Shown piece by piece: positions 58,845 through 64,000 of a stretch of 64,000 bases of DNA. Source of the stretch: Candidatus Sumerlaeaceae bacterium (GTDB lineage Bacteria; Sumerlaeota; Sumerlaeia; Sumerlaeales; Sumerlaeaceae); the NCBI GenBank assembly GCA_049968255.1, contig JBMFRB010000004.1:192001-256000 (forward strand), in the 5' to 3' direction. A program made the position numbers and the translations under genes. Below the pieces are notes generated by a model. The model saw only the letters and a program-made list of their open reading frames with translations, was not told where the DNA came from and searched no databases. The first letter of the stretch is position 1. Each line of letters begins with the position of its first letter.

Positions 58845-59768
58845 GTGACAGCCGCTGTTACTTTATTAGTATTTGTTGCTGTGCTTGTTTTTGGCATACG
58901 TCGCCAGTGGTCTCGCACGATGAACGTCTGTCAGTCGCATGAAGAAGCGAAGTACACGTTCTGGTGCGATTCACAGGGCTGTCTCCGGTTAGTTACCTTC
59001 GCAACGGACCTCCTCTCTATTCCAGCAGCTCGTTCCCTTGCTGCCCGTCTTTCGCCGATTCATATGTTCTCGCTTGGAACAGTCCTTGGAGCTGGCACCA
59101 TCCTTCGCCTCGGTCAATTGATCTTGCCCCAAAGCATGCTTGACCTGCCGACTTGGGCACTCGTGTGGGTAGCCTTTTTGGCCACCGTTTGGTTGGGGGT
59201 GTTTGTCGCGGAGCGTTGCTTCGTGACGTCTCGTTTTGCCGAAAGCTCCCTCGGGGAAGAAGCTTCTCGAGAAGCATTCGACGGAGTGTTGCTCGCAGGA
59301 GTCCTTTACCATCTTAGCACGCGCCATAGGCTCTTGTTGCTTACTTTTGCTGCCATGGGGCTTCCCGCGCCGTGGCACGTGACCCTATTGTTCCTGCTTG
59401 GGATTGCTGCAATCTACGCGTATTTCTCCCGCGGTGCAGCACGGCATATTCTTTTCACCGCAATCCCCAGTGAACTGGAACGTCCATTTTTGCCCATAAA
59501 AGACCAAATGCGTGATGGAGTGTGGGTCGCGCCGGCAGGCCTTCTTCTCGTCCTCGGTGCAGCAACGCTCCTGTTCTTCAATGACGTTAGCTCCTTTACC
59601 GTAGCGGCACTGTGCACCATTGGCTGCGGACTCGTCGTGGCAAGCGAAAGGCTCTCGCGAATCTACTCCCATCATGTGTCTCTGGCGCAATTTCGCCAGC
59701 GCCTGAACCACCGTGGACGCGGAAAAAGTATTTTCCAGTTAGCAGAAGAAAATCCCCACTCTTGCTGA
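58845..59768 (+). CDS. hypothetical polytopic membrane protein
   Basis: GTG start with AGGAGG RBS and several hydrophobic segments. No recognised motif. Confidence 0.6.
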   Translation: MTAAVTLLVFVAVLVFGIRRQWSRTMNVCQSHEEAKYTFWCDSQGCLRLVTFATDLLSIPAARSLAARLSPIHMFSLGTVLGAGTILRLGQLILPQSMLDLPTWALVWVAFLATVWLGVFVAERCFVTSRFAESSLGEEASREAFDGVLLAGVLYHLSTRHRLLLLTFAAMGLPAPWHVTLLFLLGIAAIYAYFSRGAARHILFTAIPSELERPFLPIKDQMRDGVWVAPAGLLLVLGAATLLFFNDVSSFTVAALCTIGCGLVVASERLSRIYSHHVSLAQFRQRLNHRGRGKSIFQLAEENPHSC

Positions 59769-59870
59769 CGGGGATTCTCTTGCGTCCTCACTCATAGCCT
59801 CCACAATACGGGTTTGTTGTTTTCGAGTAAACCCGAGCGGCAGCCCATACGTGGGAGGAAGCCCTCGGGG

Positions 59871-61385
59871 ATGTCCGACAAAATCGACGAAGTGCTGACC
59901 GCGACTGCAATCATGCCACGAACACAGCGCGAAAATCGAACACCACCAGCCGGCGTTGGCGTGCTGCCAACGACAGAACTTCCATCAAGCCCGGAAGCGG
60001 AACAGGCGATCTTGGGAGCTATGGTACTCGATGCGGAAGCTATTGACACGGCAGTTCACGATCTGCGGCCTGAACACTTTTTTCTCGAAGCCCACGCGAC
60101 GCTCTTTGCCGTGATCGCCGATCTGCACCAAAAACAGCTTCCCGTCGATATAACAAACCTCGTTGCTGAGCTCAAACTTCGCCGACTCTTGGATAAGGTC
60201 GGTGGCCCCGACTACGTTGCTTCCCTTCCCGCACAAGTTTTTTCTGTCGCTAGCATTGATCATTACATTGCGCAAGTGCGTGAGACGTACGAGAAGCGCG
60301 AACTGCTGCGGCTCGCGGAGCAGATCCGTCATCACGTATTCGAAAGCCATCGTGACGTCCCAGGCGTGATCGAACTTGTTGAACGCCAATTATTCGAGCT
60401 GTCGCTCAAACGCGAGGCACGAGAGTTTCTGTCCACTTCCGATCTCATGCCCGCTGTTCTCGAAGAGCTGGAAAAGCGCCGAACAGAAGCACACAGTCCG
60501 CGTGGGGTGATTACGGGGTTTCCCGATCTCGACGCGATGACCGGAGGGTTACAGCCTAGTGACCTCATCATTCTTGCGGCTCGGCCCTCCGTCGGAAAAA
60601 CAGCACTAGCGATGAACATTGCGCTCAATGTGGGAGCTGGTCGAACAAAGGCAATGCGTGCAAACTTAGGTTTGGCTCGCCCCGTAGGGATCTTTTCGTT
60701 GGAAATGAGCGCTCAGCAGATCACCCAGCGCCTTTTGGCTACCCTGAGCCGGATTTCTCTGAAACTTTTGCGACACCATCGGCTTACCGATCGCCAAAAG
60801 GCCGAGGTGGAAAAGGCTTCTCAATCCCTTGCCGAAGCTCCCATTTTCATCGACGACACACCTTATCTCACTATCGTCGAGCTTCGCTCGAAAGCCCGAC
60901 GCCTGAAAGGTCGCGTGCCAGAACTTGCTCTCATCGTTGTGGATTATTTGCAACTGATGCATGTCGGCGGTCGTGTCGAGAATCGCCAGCAGGAAGTGGC
61001 GGAGATCACGCGCTCGCTCAAAGCCTTGGCGCGTGAGCTCGATGTGCCCGTGCTGGCTTTGAGTCAGCTTAGTCGGCAAGTCGAACAGCGCAAGGGTCGC
61101 AAGGCTCGCCCCATGCTTAGCGATCTGCGCGAAAGCGGAGCAATCGAACAAGATGCCGATATTGTCATGTTCATCCATCGCGACAGAAATGAGCAGAGCG
61201 AGCGTTATGAAGACGAAGATGGGAAAAAGAATCTTGCGCCGGTGCCCACCGAACTCATTATTGCTAAGCACCGCAACGGACCGATTGGAACCGTCGAATT
61301 ACTCTTTTTCCCTCACCTGACCATGTTTGCGAGCCCTTACCGGGGAACTGACGAACATGATGACGAAAAAGACCTCGGTTACTAG
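59871..61385 (+). CDS. dnaB: replicative DNA helicase
   Basis: AARPSVGKT, FSLEM, VDYLQL, LSQLSR, DLRESGAIEQDAD and KHRNGP. Confidence 0.97.
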   Translation: MSDKIDEVLTATAIMPRTQRENRTPPAGVGVLPTTELPSSPEAEQAILGAMVLDAEAIDTAVHDLRPEHFFLEAHATLFAVIADLHQKQLPVDITNLVAELKLRRLLDKVGGPDYVASLPAQVFSVASIDHYIAQVRETYEKRELLRLAEQIRHHVFESHRDVPGVIELVERQLFELSLKREAREFLSTSDLMPAVLEELEKRRTEAHSPRGVITGFPDLDAMTGGLQPSDLIILAARPSVGKTALAMNIALNVGAGRTKAMRANLGLARPVGIFSLEMSAQQITQRLLATLSRISLKLLRHHRLTDRQKAEVEKASQSLAEAPIFIDDTPYLTIVELRSKARRLKGRVPELALIVVDYLQLMHVGGRVENRQQEVAEITRSLKALARELDVPVLALSQLSRQVEQRKGRKARPMLSDLRESGAIEQDADIVMFIHRDRNEQSERYEDEDGKKNLAPVPTELIIAKHRNGPIGTVELLFFPHLTMFASPYRGTDEHDDEKDLGY

Positions 61386-61443
61386 GTCGCGATGATCCAT
61401 CGAACACAAGTTTTCCATACATTCTGCGCCGTCGGAGGGAGCC

Positions 61444-61656
61444 ATGAAACGTCAATTCATTGCGCGAATCGTTGTGCTGGAACGCCACGCGGACGGCTCT
61501 GCGCGCCAATTTACCGTCACGCGCACGATCGATGAAGATGTCACTGTCCGAGAACTCTTTGACTGGCGCCAAAAGCGCGTCCACGATCCCGTCAATGGTG
61601 AATTTGCGAGCAAAGAAATTATCCTCACGCCGGATGATAAAGACGAACCATGGTGA
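61444..61656 (+). CDS. hypothetical small protein (70 aa)
   Basis: Strong GGAGGGAG RBS, fills the gap between dnaB and the tRNA, and has a globular-looking composition. Confidence 0.65.
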   Translation: MKRQFIARIVVLERHADGSARQFTVTRTIDEDVTVRELFDWRQKRVHDPVNGEFASKEIILTPDDKDEPW

Positions 61657-61665
61657 ATTAAAAAG

Positions 61666-61738
61666 CGCGCCCGGAGAGATTCGAACTCCCGACCCGCTGA
61701 TCCGAAGTCAGCAGCTCTATCCACTGAGCTACGGGCGC
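61666..61738 (-). tRNA. tRNA-Arg (UCG)
   Basis: GCGCCCG acceptor stem, D loop AGTGGATA, anticodon arm GCTGA-CTTCGGA-TCAGC and GTTCGAA T loop. CCA is not encoded. Confidence 0.95.
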
Positions 61739-61821
61739 GCAACTGTGCAACTTCGGCTGTCAACCGTCTAGAAATACTTGCAACGTCAGCACTGCATTCG
61801 CTTCGGAGTCGCAAGCTTTGC

Positions 61822-64000
61822 TCACGACGAACGTGCCTCTTGAGCTTTTTCACCAAGCGCCAGATCTAGCACTTCTTGCACGTGTTTCACTGGGTGAAAC
61901 TGCAATTTTTCGCGAATCTCCGGCGGCAGCTCGTCCAAATCGTTCATGTTACGCTCAGGCAAGATGATCTCTTGGATCTTTGCTCTCGCAGCTGCCAGGA
62001 CTTTTTCCTTTATTCCACCCACGGGCAACACGTTGCCCTTCAGCGTTATCTCACCCGTCATCGCAAGGTAGTCTTTAACAAGGCGATTTGTTAGCAGCGA
62101 AGCAAGTGCGGTGCAGATAGTGATGCCCGCCGAAGGCCCATCCTTGGGTACAGCGCCAGCCGGCACGTGAATATGAATATCACGCTGGGAAAAAAGTTCG
62201 TCGGGTATTTGCCAACGCGTCGCATTTGCTCGCAAATAAGTGAGTGCTGCCTGAGCGCTCTCGCGCATAACCTCGCCAAGTTGACCAGTAAGAGTGAAGC
62301 GTCCACTTCCTGGCGTCAAGCTAGCTTCAATAAAAAGAATTTCCCCACCCGTCGGCGTCCAGGCCAACCCAACAGCCACTCCAGGCAGACCCATCCGTTG
62401 AGCGGTCTCGCTATAGTACCGAGGTGGCCCCAGCAGCGACGAAAGATTTCGCGGCGTGACCCGCATTCGAAAATCTGGGGTTTCGGCCACGCGGCGAGCT
62501 ACCTTGCGGCACACGGCTGCAATCTCGCGCTCAAGGTTTCTGAGCCCTGCTTCTCGAGTGTAATCGTCGATAATTCTGATCACTGCCGAGTCCGTGATCC
62601 GGCACTGCTCGGGGCGCAGACCGTTATTTTCGATTTGTTTGGGGATGATGTAACGCTTGGCGATTTGCAGTTTTTCGCCGAGCGAATAACCTGGCAATTC
62701 GATTACTTCCATACGATCGCGCAAGGGGCCGGGCACGGGATCTATGTGATTAGCGGTCGTGATGAACATCACGTTCGAAAGGTCGAACGGAATGTCGAGA
62801 TAGTTATCGACAAACGAGTTATTTTGCTCGGGGTCCAGCACCTCGAGCAGCGCTGCGGCCGGGTCGCCGCGGTAATCGCTGCCGAGCTTGTCAATTTCGT
62901 CGAGCATCAGAACAGGATTGTTTGCCCCCGCACTCTTGATTGCTTTGATAATTCGTCCCGGCATGGCACCGATATAGGTGCGTCGGTGGCCGCGAATCTC
63001 CGCTTCATCGCGCATCCCCCCCAATGCAATGCGCACGAACTTTCTGCCTACCGCACGTGCGATAGAGCGACCGAGCGATGTTTTGCCGACTCCCGGAGGA
63101 CCAACAAAACACAGGATCGGCCCTTTCATGTCATTCTTGAGTTTGCGAACGCTCAGATACTCCAGGATTCGCTCCTTGATCTTGTCCAGATCGTAGTGAT
63201 CTTCATCCAGTATGCGCTTAGCTCGTTTGATGTCGAGCGTGTCCTCGGTACTCTCAAGCCATGGCAATTCCAGAATCCAATCGAGGTAGGTTCGAGTCAC
63301 GGTATATTCCGGACTTGCTGGTTGCATGAGTCGCAGGCGGTTTAGCTCCTTCTCAGCAACCTCGCGTGCATGCTGCGGAAGAGCTTTCTGTTTCACGCGC
63401 TCTTGAAGTTCCTCGATCTCGCGCGAAGTTGTTTCATCCTCCCCAAGTTCCTTGCGGATTGCTTTGAGTTGTTCGCGCAAGTAATACTCCCGCTGGGTTT
63501 TGTCGAGCTCACTCTTGACCTGGCTACGAATTTTGGTGCCTAGCTCGAGAACCTGCATTTCCCGCGTGAGCAGATAGTGCACTTTTCTAATGCGTTCACG
63601 AACGCTCGTGAGGCTCAGCACTTCGATGAGCTCCGGAATTTTCAGGGGCAGATTGGTTGCAACCAAATCGGCAAGCCTGCCCGGATCTGTGAGATTCATC
63701 ACCGCGGTGGCCAATTCTTCGGGCATGGCCGAAAGCTGGACCGCTTTGCCTAGAAGAGCCTGTATGCTGCGCACCAGCGCCTGGGTTTCTATGTCATCGG
63801 TCGGCTCTTCTCGGAGTTCCTCCACCCTTGCCTTGAGATATGGAGTCGTCGCGAGAGGCTCGACTATCCGAATGCGAGCGATCCCATGGAGGAGGACGCG
63901 CACGATCCCGTCTGGCGTGCGCACCATTTTTACAATCTTCGCTGCTGTTCCTACGTGGTAAATGTTGTCGAAGTTATTCGCGTCAGGGGCGTCGATTTTT
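61822..64000 (-). CDS. lon: ATP-dependent Lon protease (N-terminus beyond the window)
   Basis: GPPGVGKTS, GHRRTYIGA, PKDGPSAG and PVGGIKEK. Confidence 0.97.
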   Translation of the reverse strand, partial: KIDAPDANNFDNIYHVGTAAKIVKMVRTPDGIVRVLLHGIARIRIVEPLATTPYLKARVEELREEPTDDIETQALVRSIQALLGKAVQLSAMPEELATAVMNLTDPGRLADLVATNLPLKIPELIEVLSLTSVRERIRKVHYLLTREMQVLELGTKIRSQVKSELDKTQREYYLREQLKAIRKELGEDETTSREIEELQERVKQKALPQHAREVAEKELNRLRLMQPASPEYTVTRTYLDWILELPWLESTEDTLDIKRAKRILDEDHYDLDKIKERILEYLSVRKLKNDMKGPILCFVGPPGVGKTSLGRSIARAVGRKFVRIALGGMRDEAEIRGHRRTYIGAMPGRIIKAIKSAGANNPVLMLDEIDKLGSDYRGDPAAALLEVLDPEQNNSFVDNYLDIPFDLSNVMFITTANHIDPVPGPLRDRMEVIELPGYSLGEKLQIAKRYIIPKQIENNGLRPEQCRITDSAVIRIIDDYTREAGLRNLEREIAAVCRKVARRVAETPDFRMRVTPRNLSSLLGPPRYYSETAQRMGLPGVAVGLAWTPTGGEILFIEASLTPGSGRFTLTGQLGEVMRESAQAALTYLRANATRWQIPDELFSQRDIHIHVPAGAVPKDGPSAGITICTALASLLTNRLVKDYLAMTGEITLKGNVLPVGGIKEKVLAAARAKIQEIILPERNMNDLDELPPEIREKLQFHPVKHVQEVLDLALGEKAQEARSS

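Noticed and set aside
59871-61385. Inteins in DnaB (or DnaE)
   Set aside because: Lengths are normal, motifs are contiguous and no C...HN splice junctions were seen. DnaB has only a short insert of about 10 aa.
61452-61856. 134-aa and 103-aa ORFs spanning tRNA-Arg
   Set aside because: They read through the tRNA gene and are spurious.
62167-63345. 392-aa plus-strand ORF
   Set aside because: Antisense shadow of lon.

Overview
A gene-dense bacterial chromosome segment of moderately high GC (judged by eye), mostly housekeeping. It holds about 45 CDSs, two tRNAs (Phe-GAA and Arg-UCG), and no visible integrase, transposase, prophage or CRISPR array. Core genes include dnaE, dnaB, lon (partial), ftsW, nuoD, rsmG, mqnE, elbB, a metB-family lyase and an NtrC-type sigma54 regulator. 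Other loci are a secreted GH13 amylase with MalFG-type permeases, a GH57 branching enzyme, a corrinoid activator (RACo/ASKHA) with a stand-alone methionine-synthase homocysteine-binding domain, several envelope glycosyltransferases and an ABC-2/TPR operon. The most notable signal is in three exported proteins: a Kelch-like protein and two tandem paralogous endonuclease-I proteins, each nuclease carrying three exact 159-aa repeats and a lamin-tail-like domain. All three end in short C-terminal tails of two classes ('A-x-x-x-x-W-x-x-Y' and 'LPTVLSAFSVE'), which may be signals for an uncharacterised sorting or secretion system. From memory such tails are typical of Sumerlaeota (BRC1), but this taxonomic guess is unverified. 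Other candidates are a structured sRNA at about 5931-6062 and a PDZ-like domain inserted in a MalF permease. All product calls come from motif recognition by eye; no database searches were run.
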